This document shows, piece by piece, positions 29,106-38,584 of a stretch of 64,000 nt of DNA. Both the position numbers and the translations under genes were made by a program. Below the pieces are notes generated by a model. It made no database searches. It saw only the letters and a program-made list of their open reading frames with translations, and was not told the origin of the DNA. The stretch is taken from positions 204,909 to 268,908 of the forward strand of contig CAWCPZ010000010.1 of assembly GCA_963797635.1 (NCBI GenBank). Direction: 5' to 3'. The first letter of the stretch is position 1. Each line of letters starts with the position of its first letter. The DNA comes from an uncultured Actinomycetes bacterium (GTDB lineage Bacteria > Actinomycetota > UBA4738 > HRBIN12).

Positions 29106-30056
29106 ATGATGAGCACCATCGAGGCGGGTCCCGGACCGGCGGACCTTCGGCACGACGCACCGGGATCGCCGGCCATCGTTGCGAGGGGACTCACGAAGCG
29201 CTTCCGCGCGGTCACGGCCGTCGACGACCTCAGCTTCGAGGTTCGACCGGGTCGGGTGACCGGGTTCCTGGGACCGAACGGCGCCGGGAAGAGCACGACG
29301 TTGCGGATGCTCCTGGCCTTGGTGAAGCCCACGTCCGGCACGGCCACCGTGCTGGGCCTGCCGTACGCGAGCCTGGCCCAGCCCACCCTCGCCGTCGGCG
29401 CCGTGCTGGAGGTCCAGAGCTTCCATCCGCTGCGCACCGGGCGGAACCACCTCCGGGTGCTCGCCGCCGCCGCGGGGTTGCCCGACGCGAGGGTCGCCGA
29501 GGTGTTGGACCAGGTGGGCCTGACCGATGCGGCCGACCGCAAGGCCGGGGGATATTCGCTCGGCATGCGGCAGCGCCTCGGGTTGGCCGGCGCGCTGCTC
29601 GGCGATCCACAGGTGCTGATCCTGGACGAACCGGCGAACGGCCTGGACCCCCAGGGCATCCGGTGGCTGCGCGAGTTCCTGCAGTGGTTCGCGGGTCGGG
29701 GCAACGCGGTGCTGGTGTCGAGTCATCTGTTGTCGGAGATGGCGCTGATGGCCGACGACGTGATCGTGATCGACCACGGACGGCTGATCCGCCAGGGCAC
29801 GGTGGCCGAGCTCACGGCCGGCGGTTCGCACCTGCGGGTCGCCTCGCCCGACCACGACGCGCTGGGTCGCGCCCTGATCGCGGCCGGCCTGGAACCACGG
29901 GCCGACGACGAGGGGGGCTACCTGCTCGAGTCCGCCGACCCCGAGCGGATCGGGCGGATCGCGCTCCAAGCAGGGGTGGCGCTGTCACGGCTGAGCATCG
30001 AGGAGACGAGCCTCGAGGACGCGTTCCTCGAGATGACGGAAGGGATCGGACGATGA
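29106..30056 (+). CDS. ABC transporter ATP-binding protein (ABC-2/DrrA-like)
   Basis: Walker A (GPNGAGKSTTLRML), signature (LGMRQRLGLA) and Walker B (ILDEPANGLD) motifs. Start at ATG 29106. Confidence 0.85.
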   Translation: MMSTIEAGPGPADLRHDAPGSPAIVARGLTKRFRAVTAVDDLSFEVRPGRVTGFLGPNGAGKSTTLRMLLALVKPTSGTATVLGLPYASLAQPTLAVGAVLEVQSFHPLRTGRNHLRVLAAAAGLPDARVAEVLDQVGLTDAADRKAGGYSLGMRQRLGLAGALLGDPQVLILDEPANGLDPQGIRWLREFLQWFAGRGNAVLVSSHLLSEMALMADDVIVIDHGRLIRQGTVAELTAGGSHLRVASPDHDALGRALIAAGLEPRADDEGGYLLESADPERIGRIALQAGVALSRLSIEETSLEDAFLEMTEGIGR

Positions 30057-30793
30057 GGTACGCGATGAGGTCGGAGTTCCGCAAGCTGATGACCACCCGA
30101 ACCGTGTGGGGTCTGCTCGCCGGGGTCGTGGTCTTGACCGGGCTGGGCGCCTGGGGAACGCTGCTCGGCCCGAACACGGTGGCCGGCGCGGCGTTGGAGA
30201 CGCTGCCGCTGTTCATCGCCGCGATCGTGGCCGTCACCGTGATGGCCCTGGTGCTCGGGGTGCGCACGTACACCGACGAGGCCCGGCACGGTTCGATCGT
30301 GCCCACGCTGCTCGCGACCCCGGAGCGCCGTCGCGTGATCGCCGCCAAGCTCGTCGTCGTGTCGGGAGCCGCCGCGGTCTTCGCGATCGTTGCCGCGGTC
30401 GTGGGAGCCGGCTTCGGCGCGATCTGGTTCGCGGCACATGGGACCGCGCTCACGGTCGGTGCGGGTGCCCTGGCACTGCTGGTGGGCAAGATCGTGCTGA
30501 TCGCGATGGCCTGGTCGATGATCGGTCTGGGCGTGGGATCGGCGGTGGGCCATCAGGTGGCCGCCATCGTCGGCTCGCTGATCTACCTGTTGGTGGTCGA
30601 GGACCTGATCGGGGCGCTCCTGCCGGGCGTGGCGAAGTTCCTTCCCAGCAACGCCGCCGACTCCGCGGTCGGGATGTGGGCCTCCGACGCCAACCTCTTG
30701 GCGCCCGCGCTGGGAGCGCTGCTGTTGGCGGCGTGGGTCGCGGCCTTCGTCGTGGCAGGGACGAGCCGATTGCAGCATCGGGACATCAGCTGA
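30053..30793 (+). CDS. ABC-2 family transporter permease
   Basis: Start ATG 30053 overlaps the ATPase stop. 246 aa with 6 predicted TM helices. Confidence 0.7.
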   Translation: MRYAMRSEFRKLMTTRTVWGLLAGVVVLTGLGAWGTLLGPNTVAGAALETLPLFIAAIVAVTVMALVLGVRTYTDEARHGSIVPTLLATPERRRVIAAKLVVVSGAAAVFAIVAAVVGAGFGAIWFAAHGTALTVGAGALALLVGKIVLIAMAWSMIGLGVGSAVGHQVAAIVGSLIYLLVVEDLIGALLPGVAKFLPSNAADSAVGMWASDANLLAPALGALLLAAWVAAFVVAGTSRLQHRDIS

Positions 30794-30821
30794 TCAACGG
30801 TCGTGAGACGATGCCTGGGTC

Positions 30822-32070
30822 GTGAGCAACGTCCACCATCCACGTCTCCAGGCGGTGGCCGAGGAAGACCGGGTCACGCAGATCGAGCTGTTCTTCGATC
30901 TGGTGTTCGTGTTCGCGATCACCCAGGTGACGGCGTTGATGGCGGACGACCTGACAGCCCGCGGCGTGCTCCGCGGGCTGTTGGTGTTGTCGCTCCTGTG
31001 GTGGTGCTGGGTGGGCTACGCCTGGCTCGGCAACGTGGTGCGGGCCGACGAAGGGCTGGGCCGCGTCACGATGTTCGCGGGGATGGCCGCCATGTTCGTG
31101 ATGGCGCTCAGTCGTGCCGGAGGCCTTCGTCGACAACCCGGAGGGTGGCCTGAGCGGTCCGGTGGTGTTCGCGTTCGCGTACCTGGCCGTGCGGTTGCTG
31201 CATCTCACGATCTTCTGGCTCGCCGCCGGCTCGAACCTCGACTCCGGCCTGCAGGGACAGCTGATCCGGTTCGCGCCCTCGGTGCTCGGGAGCACGGCGC
31301 TGCTGCTGGTCGCGTCACAGCTCGAAGGCCGCGCGCAGACCCTCACGTGGGTGGCGGTCATCGTGGTGGATCTCGGCGGCACGCTGCTCGCGGGCGCCTC
31401 CGGCTGGCGGCTGAACTCCGCGGCGCATTTCGCCGAGCGACACGGCCTGATCATCATCATCGCGTTGGGGGAATCGATCGTGGCGATCGGCCAGGGCGTG
31501 GCCCGGGAACCGATCTCGTGGCCCGTGATCGCCGCGTCCGTCCTGGGGCTGACGGTGGCGGGCTGCCTGTGGTGGGCCTACTTCGACGTGATCTCGTTGA
31601 TCGCCGAGCGGGTGTTGCGTCGCGCACAGGGCGAGGCGCGCACGCGGCTCGCGCGCGACGCCTACAGCTACTGGCACCTGCCGATGATCGCCGGCATCGT
31701 CCTGCTCGCGCTCGGCCTGAAGAAGGTGCTGGAGTACGTCAGCGACACGAGCCACCACACGTTGTCCGAGGCGCTCGACCCGCTCCCGCTGGCGGCCTTG
31801 TACGGGGGGGTCGCGCTCTTCCTGCTGGGGCACGTGGCGTTCACCTACCGGGTGGAGCACCTCGTGAAGGTCCAGCGGGTGGTGACCGCGCTCGTGGTGC
31901 TCGCGCTGATCCCGCTCGCCGCGCAGATCCCGGCGCTGGCGGCGCTCACGCTGGTGGCGGTCATCCTGGTGGCGCTGATCGCGTTGGAATCGGTGTGGTT
32001 CCGCGACTCACGCGAGCGCATCCGCCACGAGGAGGACGACGCGATCTCGCACCTTCAGCACGGCGGCTAG
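30822..32070 (+). CDS. low temperature requirement protein LtrA-family membrane protein; frameshifted near 31110
   Basis: N-terminus MSNVHHPRLQAVAEEDRVTQIELFFDLVFVFAITQV... is typical of LtrA. The continuation (VPEAFVDNPEGG...LLHLTIFWLAAG...) is in the adjacent frame (track ORF 31114..32070). Confidence 0.65.
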
Positions 32071-32100
32071 CGCCAGCTCGCGCGGCGAGTGTCGAGCTGC

Positions 32101-32778
32101 TCAGGTCCCGGGCGCACGCACGCCGACCTCGTCGAGGTGGGCGAGCAGGTCCGCGGGATCCGCGTACACGCGATAGGCGCCCGCGCGGGCGAGTTCCTCT
32201 TCGCCGTAGCCGCCGGACAGCAGCCCCACGCCGAGTGCGCGGGCGCGCCGCGCGGCGAGCAGGTCCCACACGCTGTCGCCCACCACCACGGAGTCCTCGA
32301 TGTCGGCCCCGAGCTGTTCGGCGGCCGCCAGGAACAGGTCCGGATCGGGCTTCGCGTGCGCCACCTGGTCGCGGGTCACCACCGGCACCCCGTCGGGCAC
32401 ACCGAGCAACGCGATCATGGGCGCCGCGCTCTCGATGTAGCCGCTCGTCGCGATCGACCATCGGACGCCGTACTCGGTGAGCGTCGCCAGCAGGTCGATC
32501 GCCCCCGGCAGGGGCCGCACCTGGTCCAGTCGCTCCGCGTAGGCCTCGGCGTGATACCGACGGAGCAGGTCGGCGTCCTCGGGCGTCACGGGCCGACCGG
32601 TCTCGCGCAGCATCGCGTTGGCGAGCAGACCGCCGCTCATGCCGATCCGCCGGTGGATACGCCACACGGACAGGTGGATGCCGTCACGCGCCAGGGCTTC
32701 CTGCCAGGCGAGCACGTGGTGATAGACGCTGTCCATCAGCGTGCCGTCCAGATCGAACAGGAACGCGGGACCGGCCAT
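32101..32778 (-). CDS. HAD family hydrolase (phosphatase / beta-phosphoglucomutase-like)
   Basis: Motif I (FLFDLDGTLMDS), motif II (SIATSG), and motif III/IV (K...GDSVWD). Confidence 0.8.
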   Translation of the reverse strand: MAGPAFLFDLDGTLMDSVYHHVLAWQEALARDGIHLSVWRIHRRIGMSGGLLANAMLRETGRPVTPEDADLLRRYHAEAYAERLDQVRPLPGAIDLLATLTEYGVRWSIATSGYIESAAPMIALLGVPDGVPVVTRDQVAHAKPDPDLFLAAAEQLGADIEDSVVVGDSVWDLLAARRARALGVGLLSGGYGEEELARAGAYRVYADPADLLAHLDEVGVRAPGT

Positions 32779-32835
32779 GTCTGAGCACTCTAGGCCGTGC
32801 GTGGACCCGCTGCCTGGGCGAACCCGAGCAGGCGG

Positions 32836-33612
32836 TCAGGCGGCGAAGAACGCCTCCAGCGCAGGCGTGATGACCGAGGGATCGACGTCGTGCGTCTGCC
32901 CCTCCAGCAGACCGTGCTGTCCGTTCGGGAGCAGGTCGGCCATCGCTCGGGCCGTCTGATCCATCCACGGGAAGCTCGCGCTCCCCGCCAGGACCAGCGT
33001 GGGGGTCGAGACCGACGCGACGAGCTCGGTGGGCATGGTGTAGTCGCCCATCACGGTGGCGTCGTAGGCCAACGTGTGCGCCAGGGCCTCCGTGGGACCC
33101 CAGAACGGCGCGTTCTTCGCCTGGGCGACGAACTCGTCGGGCATGCCCACCACCTTCGACATGAAGAACTCGACCGCGTCGCCACGACGATCCTCGGCCA
33201 CGAGTCGCCGGTAGGTCTCCGCCGTGTCGGCCGGAGGGCGCGGGAGCCCCTCCGGGATGTAGGGCGGCTCCCACAGGGCGAGCTTCGTGATGCTGTCGAG
33301 CTTCGCCGCCGCCTTCAGCGCCAGCACCGCCCCCGAGGACGTGCCGTACAGGAACGCCGAGCCCCCGGCCGCGTCGACGACCGCGGCGATGTCTTCGATC
33401 TCACGGTCCACGGCGTAGGGCTGGGTGTCACCGCTGTCGCCGCGACCACGGCGGTCGTAGTTGAAGGCCGTGTGGTCGGCCGCCAGCAGCTCGGCAACCG
33501 GTGCGTTCGACATGCGGTCCACCGACCCGCCGCACACCAGGACCACGGGAGGGCCTTCGCCGAGCCGGTCGTAGCCGATCGCCGTGCCGTCGTTCGATGT
33601 CACGTGTTCCAT
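32836..33612 (-). CDS. alpha/beta hydrolase (paralog of 24064..24853)
   Basis: Start at ATG 33612 (MEHVTSNDGTAIGYDRLGEGPPVVLVCGG...YDRRGRGDSGDTQPYAVDREIEDIAAVVDAAGGSAFLYGTSSGAVLALKAA). Nucleophile elbow GTSSG. Confidence 0.75.
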   Translation of the reverse strand: MEHVTSNDGTAIGYDRLGEGPPVVLVCGGSVDRMSNAPVAELLAADHTAFNYDRRGRGDSGDTQPYAVDREIEDIAAVVDAAGGSAFLYGTSSGAVLALKAAAKLDSITKLALWEPPYIPEGLPRPPADTAETYRRLVAEDRRGDAVEFFMSKVVGMPDEFVAQAKNAPFWGPTEALAHTLAYDATVMGDYTMPTELVASVSTPTLVLAGSASFPWMDQTARAMADLLPNGQHGLLEGQTHDVDPSVITPALEAFFAA

Positions 33613-34139
33613 CAGCTGTCCCCGTCCTGGTCGTGACGCGCCTTCAGGGTCTCGCCGCCGACGTGCTCGGCGAGCCGGTCGAAGAAGATCAGCGAGCCGC
33701 GCATCGCGCGGGAGTACTCGTCCGCCGGCAGGTTGCCGCCGCGCTGGGTGAACGTCATCTCGGTGCGGCCGTCGCCGATGTCCTTGAACTCGGCGGTCAG
33801 GACCTCGACGTTGCTGGTGGTGCCACCGGGGTCCGCCAGCGTCATGACCACGCGCTCGGGTTCCACGACCTCCCGGAACTCCCCCGCGAAGGGGATCTCG
33901 ATCTTGTCGGGACCGTGCAGCATCACGGCGCTCCACGCGCCGCCGGGCCGTGCGTCCATCTCGATGCGGTCGAGCGGGATCGAGGAACCGTGCTCACCGA
34001 ACCAGGTGGCGAAGCGTTCGGGCTCGGTCCACGCCTTGAACACGAGCTCGCGCGGGGCGTCGAACACGCGCACGATCTCGATGCCGTTGCCGTCGCTGTG
34101 GGCGGAGACGACGCCTTCGGGTGGGGTCTGATCAGCCAT
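33612..34139 (-). CDS. SRPBCC family protein (AHSA1 domain)
   Basis: Start at ATG 34139 (MADQTPPEGVVSAHSDGNGIEIVRVFDAPRELVFKAWTEPERFATWFG...). Confidence 0.75.
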   Translation of the reverse strand: MADQTPPEGVVSAHSDGNGIEIVRVFDAPRELVFKAWTEPERFATWFGEHGSSIPLDRIEMDARPGGAWSAVMLHGPDKIEIPFAGEFREVVEPERVVMTLADPGGTTSNVEVLTAEFKDIGDGRTEMTFTQRGGNLPADEYSRAMRGSLIFFDRLAEHVGGETLKARHDQDGDS

Positions 34140-34470
34140 CGGTGGCTCCTTCCTGGATCGATCGGAGATGGTCCTCGAGGCGGTCGAACCGGGGCTCCCA
34201 GAACCGACGGTAGTGGTCCAGCCATGCGGAGACGTCCCCGAGCGGGGCGGCATCCAAACGGCACGGGCGCCATTGTGCGACCCGCCCCCGGGTGATCAGC
34301 GTGGCGCCCTCCAACACGGTGAGGTGTTTGGACACCGCCTGCAGGCTGATCGGGAACGGTTCGGCCAGCTGGCTGACGGTGGCCTCTCCTTCGGACAGGC
34401 GGGACAGGATCGCCCGCCGCGTGGGGTCGGCGAGCGCCCCGAACGTGGTGCTGAGTTGGTCGACCGCCAT
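34132..34470 (-). CDS. ArsR/SmtB family transcriptional regulator
   Basis: MAVDQLSTTFGALADPTRRAILSRLSEGEATVSQLAEPFPISLQAVSKHLTVLEGATLI..., overlapping the start of the downstream AHSA1 gene. Confidence 0.8.
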   Translation of the reverse strand: MAVDQLSTTFGALADPTRRAILSRLSEGEATVSQLAEPFPISLQAVSKHLTVLEGATLITRGRVAQWRPCRLDAAPLGDVSAWLDHYRRFWEPRFDRLEDHLRSIQEGATDG

Positions 34471-34534
34471 CGCGAGATGCCTTCTTCCGTTAATCAACCG
34501 TTAGGTTGAACATAGAGCAACGCAAGGAGTTCCG

Positions 34535-36187
34535 TCAACGTTGATCGTCGTGGGTGGCGCTGACCGAGAGCAACTCGAAGGCTTCGGTCGGCTCACGCTT
34601 GCCCTTCAGGTCGGCCAGCCCCATCGGCCGCACGTCGACGATCACGTCGGGCTCGGTGTTGACCTCGTCCAGGGTCCGGCCGGCGATCGTGATGTGGCCC
34701 GGGGTCGAGAGGGTCTGCAGACGGGCGGCGACGTTGGTCGTGTCGCCGATCACCGAGAACGACCGTTGCGACCCGGCGCCCACGTTGCCGATCACGGCCA
34801 CCCCCGTGTTCACGCCGACACGGAACCGCGGCCAGTCCTCGGACGCGCGCACCTCCGTGGAACGGTCGCGGATCGCGATCGCCGCCCGCACCGCTCTCGC
34901 CGCATGGTCGGGCTGGTCGCCGAGCGCGTTGAACACCGCGAGCACGGCGTCGCCGGCGAACCGTTCGATCAATCCGCCCTCCTCGTCGACGACGAACGGC
35001 ACCACGACACCCCAGTACGCGTTCAACATCTCGATCACCTCTGCCGCCGGCCGGTCCTCGGAGAACGTGGTGAACCCGGAGAGATCCGCGAACAACACGG
35101 TGACCTCCTGCTCCTGCCCGCCCAGCTGCGCGAGCTCGGGTTCGGCGTCGAGACGGTCGGCCAGGTGCGGGCTGACGTACTGGCGCAGCAGCCGGTCCAT
35201 CCGCGCGAGCTCGCGCGCCGAGTCCGTCATGACGGCCACCTGGTCGCCGGTGAACCCTTGCTGACGGAGTTCCTCGCCGGTGCTGCCGAGGGTCCCCGAG
35301 GCGTCGGCACGCACGAGCTCGGCGAGCGCGGCCGATTGCCGATGGTCGAGCCGCTCCAAGGTGCGTTCCAGGTAGATGCCGCCGAAGGTTCCCGACGCGG
35401 TGCGCGCATGGCGGTACTCGTGCCGGGCAGCGAGCACGATCGTGGCGAACGCGATCGCCATCAGCACGTGCCACTCCCACCACGATGCCTGCCACGCGCG
35501 CCCGAACGCCATGGCGATCAGGGCCTCGGCGAGGAACACGAACGCCACCGCGACGGCCAGCGGAAGGGGGCGGCGGCGTGTGCGATAGATCCGCAGGTAC
35601 CGCCACGCCGCGAACAGGTAGGCCGCCACGGCGAACGGCAGCAGGACCAGCAGCCACGGCGCGCGTTCGGACTCGATCACGCGATCGAGCGGTCCGAACC
35701 CGGCCACCGAGGCCGTCGCCCACACGATCAACACGACGACCAGGCCCACGCGCATCGGCGCCTGCAGCCGACGCAGCGTCGCCTCGGTGCGCTCGTCCAT
35801 CTCGATCGCGGAGAGCGCCGCGAACCCCGCGGCCAGGATGAGTCCGGCGGGGGTGGCCAGCACGAACCCGCCGTTCGGCCCGTCGAGCACCACGCCGGGT
35901 GTGGCGAGCGCGTGCAACGCCAGGAACCCCGCGCTCGTGAGCAGCACCATCGACACCAGGAAGAGCCGTTCGTCGCCGCTCCGCCGCGCGACCTCGCTCA
36001 CGATCAGGCCGAGGGCCACGTTGAGCAGGGCGACGCCGAACACGAGCCAGAAGTGCGATGGATGGTGCTCCCAATGCACGTCGAGCGACGGGAACCCCAG
36101 CATCAGGGCCAGTCCCGCGAGCGGGACGATCAGTGCGGCCGCGAGGAACCAGGGTGAGGGCCCCGCGGTGCGGGACGCGTGTTCCAT
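34535..36187 (-). CDS. membrane-anchored class III adenylate/guanylate cyclase
   Basis: N-terminal 6-TM domain followed by a cyclase homology domain (VTVLFADLSGFTTFSE...RFAGDAVLAVF...VGVNTGVAVIGNVGA...SVIGDTTNVAARL). Same strand as, and immediately downstream of, the HK at 36230. Confidence 0.8.
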   Translation of the reverse strand: MEHASRTAGPSPWFLAAALIVPLAGLALMLGFPSLDVHWEHHPSHFWLVFGVALLNVALGLIVSEVARRSGDERLFLVSMVLLTSAGFLALHALATPGVVLDGPNGGFVLATPAGLILAAGFAALSAIEMDERTEATLRRLQAPMRVGLVVVLIVWATASVAGFGPLDRVIESERAPWLLVLLPFAVAAYLFAAWRYLRIYRTRRRPLPLAVAVAFVFLAEALIAMAFGRAWQASWWEWHVLMAIAFATIVLAARHEYRHARTASGTFGGIYLERTLERLDHRQSAALAELVRADASGTLGSTGEELRQQGFTGDQVAVMTDSARELARMDRLLRQYVSPHLADRLDAEPELAQLGGQEQEVTVLFADLSGFTTFSEDRPAAEVIEMLNAYWGVVVPFVVDEEGGLIERFAGDAVLAVFNALGDQPDHAARAVRAAIAIRDRSTEVRASEDWPRFRVGVNTGVAVIGNVGAGSQRSFSVIGDTTNVAARLQTLSTPGHITIAGRTLDEVNTEPDVIVDVRPMGLADLKGKREPTEAFELLSVSATHDDQR

Positions 36188-36229
36188 CGAGCCATCATGC
36201 AGGGTCGTCGCGGTCGTCCGCATCGCCCA

Positions 36230-37318
36230 TCAGGCCGACGGGATGGTGAACGCGATCGTGGTGCCGCCGGCGGCCGAGGGCCGGGCCTCGATCGCCCCAC
36301 CGTGCGCCGCAACCAGGCGCTTGGCGATCGCGAGCCCGAGTCCCGTCCCGCCGGCATCGGCCGACGTCACGAACCGGTCGAACACGAACGGCAGCTGGTC
36401 GAGGTCGATCCCCGGGCCCGTGTCGTCGACCTCGAACGTGGCGCTCGACGGGGTCGTCGCGACGCGGATCGTGACGGTGCCGTCCGGCGGGGTGTGCCGG
36501 ATCGCGTTCGTCAGCAGGTTGGTCAACACCTCCGAGAGGCGGACGGGGTCGGCCTCGATCGTGCCGTCCGTTCCGGCATCGGCCGCGATCGTCAGCGTGA
36601 CGCCGGCGTCGTCAGCCATGGACCGGAACGCCGTGGCGACGTCACCGGCGAGAGCCCGAGGGTCGACGGTCTCACGGTGCAGCTCGAGCACGCCGGCCTC
36701 GGCCATGGAGAGCGTGCGCAGATCCTCCAGGAGGCGATCCATCACGACGGTCTCCTCCACCAGGGGACGCAGCCGTTCGGCATCGGCAGGGTAGAGGCCG
36801 TCGAGCATGCCCTCCACGGTGCCGCGGATCACCTGCAGCGGTGTCCGGAGCTCATGCGCGACGTCGGCCAGCAACTCGCGGCGCCGCGCTTCGTCGGTCT
36901 CGAGACGTTCGGTCATCTGGTTGAAGCTGGACGTCAGCCGCCCCAGCTGCCGCGAACCCGTGACCTCGACCCGGGTGGTGTAGTCGCCGCCGGCCACGCG
37001 GTCGGCGGCGTCCATCAACGTGCCGATCGCGCGCGTGTTCCGCCAGAGCCAGCGCGCGCTCGCGATCAACGCCGCGATGACGGCGAGGGCGAGCGGCACC
37101 GTCACGATGGGGTGCGGCGCGTTGCCGCCGAACGCGGACGCCACCACCGTCGCGAGCGCCGCCACCAGCAGGACCACCAGGACCAGCACGGCGATCGCTC
37201 CCCGGCGGAACCGTCGTCCTGCGTCGAACCCCGGGCGTCCTCGGCCCGCCCACGGCGGCGGTCCATCCCAGTCCGGACCGCGCCAGGGCGCCCCGCGGCG
37301 GTCGTCGTGCTCAGGCAT
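36230..37318 (-). CDS. sensor histidine kinase (TM-HAMP-HisKA-HATPase, OmpR-type partner)
   Basis: H-box (LADVAHELRTPLQVIRG) and ATP lid (LTNLLTNAIRHT...DDTGPGI...GTGLGLAIAKRLV). Confidence 0.85.
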   Translation of the reverse strand: MPEHDDRRGAPWRGPDWDGPPPWAGRGRPGFDAGRRFRRGAIAVLVLVVLLVAALATVVASAFGGNAPHPIVTVPLALAVIAALIASARWLWRNTRAIGTLMDAADRVAGGDYTTRVEVTGSRQLGRLTSSFNQMTERLETDEARRRELLADVAHELRTPLQVIRGTVEGMLDGLYPADAERLRPLVEETVVMDRLLEDLRTLSMAEAGVLELHRETVDPRALAGDVATAFRSMADDAGVTLTIAADAGTDGTIEADPVRLSEVLTNLLTNAIRHTPPDGTVTIRVATTPSSATFEVDDTGPGIDLDQLPFVFDRFVTSADAGGTGLGLAIAKRLVAAHGGAIEARPSAAGGTTIAFTIPSA

Positions 37319-37991
37319 CGGCGAACCGGTAGCCGACGCCGTGCACGGTGAGCACGTAGCGCGGGTGTCCCACCTCGGGCTCGATCTTGCGACGCAGGTT
37401 CTTCACGTGCGCGTCGATCGCGCGCTCGTACGTGTCGACCGTGACGCCGTGCAGGGCATCCAACAGCTGGCCGCGCGTGAACACCCTGCCCGGTTCACGG
37501 ACGAACGTCGCCAGGAGCTGGAACTCCGTGGGGGTGAGGTCGACCGCGCGCCCGTCCACGCGAGCGCGCATCTTCGGCAGGTCGACCTCCACGCCGGCGG
37601 CACGCATCACTTCGGCTCCGGCCGTGGTGCCGTTCGTGCGCCGCAGGACCGCACGCACCCTGGCCACCAGCTCCTTGGGACTGAAGGGCTTGACGAGGTA
37701 GTCGTCGGCGCCGAGCTCGAGCCCGACGATGCGGTCGGATTCCTCACCGCGCGCGGTGAGCATCACGATCGGCGTGGCCGACGTGCGGCGGAGCTCACGC
37801 GCGACGTCGAGGCCGTCCATCCCCGGCAACCCGAGGTCCAGCACCACGAGGTCGGGACGATCGCCCCGGGCACTGGCGAGCGCCGCCGAGCCGTCGCCCA
37901 CCACGGTCACTTCGAACCCGGCGACCTCGAGGTAGTCGCGCAACGTCCGCGCGATCTGCATCTCGTCTTCGACCACCAGGATCCGCTGCAT
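37311..37991 (-). CDS. response regulator, OmpR/PhoB family
   Basis: REC (ILVVEDEMQIARTL...VVLDLGLPGMDG) plus winged-helix (LTPTEFQLLATFVREPGRVFTRGQLL...GYRF). Confidence 0.9.
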   Translation of the reverse strand: MQRILVVEDEMQIARTLRDYLEVAGFEVTVVGDGSAALASARGDRPDLVVLDLGLPGMDGLDVARELRRTSATPIVMLTARGEESDRIVGLELGADDYLVKPFSPKELVARVRAVLRRTNGTTAGAEVMRAAGVEVDLPKMRARVDGRAVDLTPTEFQLLATFVREPGRVFTRGQLLDALHGVTVDTYERAIDAHVKNLRRKIEPEVGHPRYVLTVHGVGYRFADA

Positions 37992-38056
37992 GGGGCGAGC
38001 CTCTCTCGCGAGACGGGCGGAGGCAACCGTGCCTCCGCCCGCGCCTCGCGACCTCG

Positions 38057-38467
38057 TCAGCCTGCAGGCGATGCCTCGGCCGGCGGTGTGTCGCCGTGCT
38101 CACGCTGATGCCACTCGCGAGCTCGTTCCTCGAACCGGCGCCGGCCCTCCTCGTTCCAGGGTCCCGGCCCGTAGCCTCCGGGCCCGCCTCGGCCCCAGCG
38201 ACCCGCTCCCCGCATGATCCCGCCGATCAGGAAGAACGCCCCGATCAGGAACAGCGGGAACAGGAAGAACCCCGGGAAGAACCCGCGATGCTCGTCGCCC
38301 ACCACGTGCACGACCTGGACCTCCTGGCCGTTGTCCTGGGCGACCTGCACCTGCTCGATGCCCTGGGCGATGCCGTTGCGCTCGCCCGCGTTGTACGCGC
38401 CGACCCCGATGCCGATCCCCGCGAGGATCACCACCACCACTGCCACGATCCCGATACCACGACGCAT
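38057..38467 (-). CDS. small hypothetical membrane protein (2 TM, Gly-rich C-terminal tail), first gene of the RR-HK-cyclase operon
   Basis: 136 aa. TM1 at IGIVAVVVVILAGIGIGV, TM2 at FFPGFFLFPLFLIGAFFLIGGI, then GAGRWGRGGPGGYGPGPW. Lies 65 bp upstream of the response regulator on the same strand. Confidence 0.45.
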   Translation of the reverse strand: MRRGIGIVAVVVVILAGIGIGVGAYNAGERNGIAQGIEQVQVAQDNGQEVQVVHVVGDEHRGFFPGFFLFPLFLIGAFFLIGGIMRGAGRWGRGGPGGYGPGPWNEEGRRRFEERAREWHQREHGDTPPAEASPAG

Positions 38468-38584
38468 GTCGTACCTCCTCGTCTCGCGTCTGCCTCCACG
38501 TTGGCGCCCAGATGTGAACCGTTCGTGAAGGACGTAGGGAGGTTCATCGGGTGCCTCCCTGGCCCTCGAGGCAGCACCAGGCGT

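Noticed and set aside
28041-30793. 642-aa minus-strand ORF and 624-aa plus-strand read-through ORF
   Set aside because: Both are alternative frames over the LuxR regulator, ABC ATPase and permease genes. The conserved Walker and LuxR motifs are found only in the frames I annotated.
34541-36157. 538-aa plus-strand and 493-aa minus-strand alternative ORFs over the adenylate cyclase gene
   Set aside because: Only the 34535..36223 minus frame contains the TM domain plus cyclase homology motifs.
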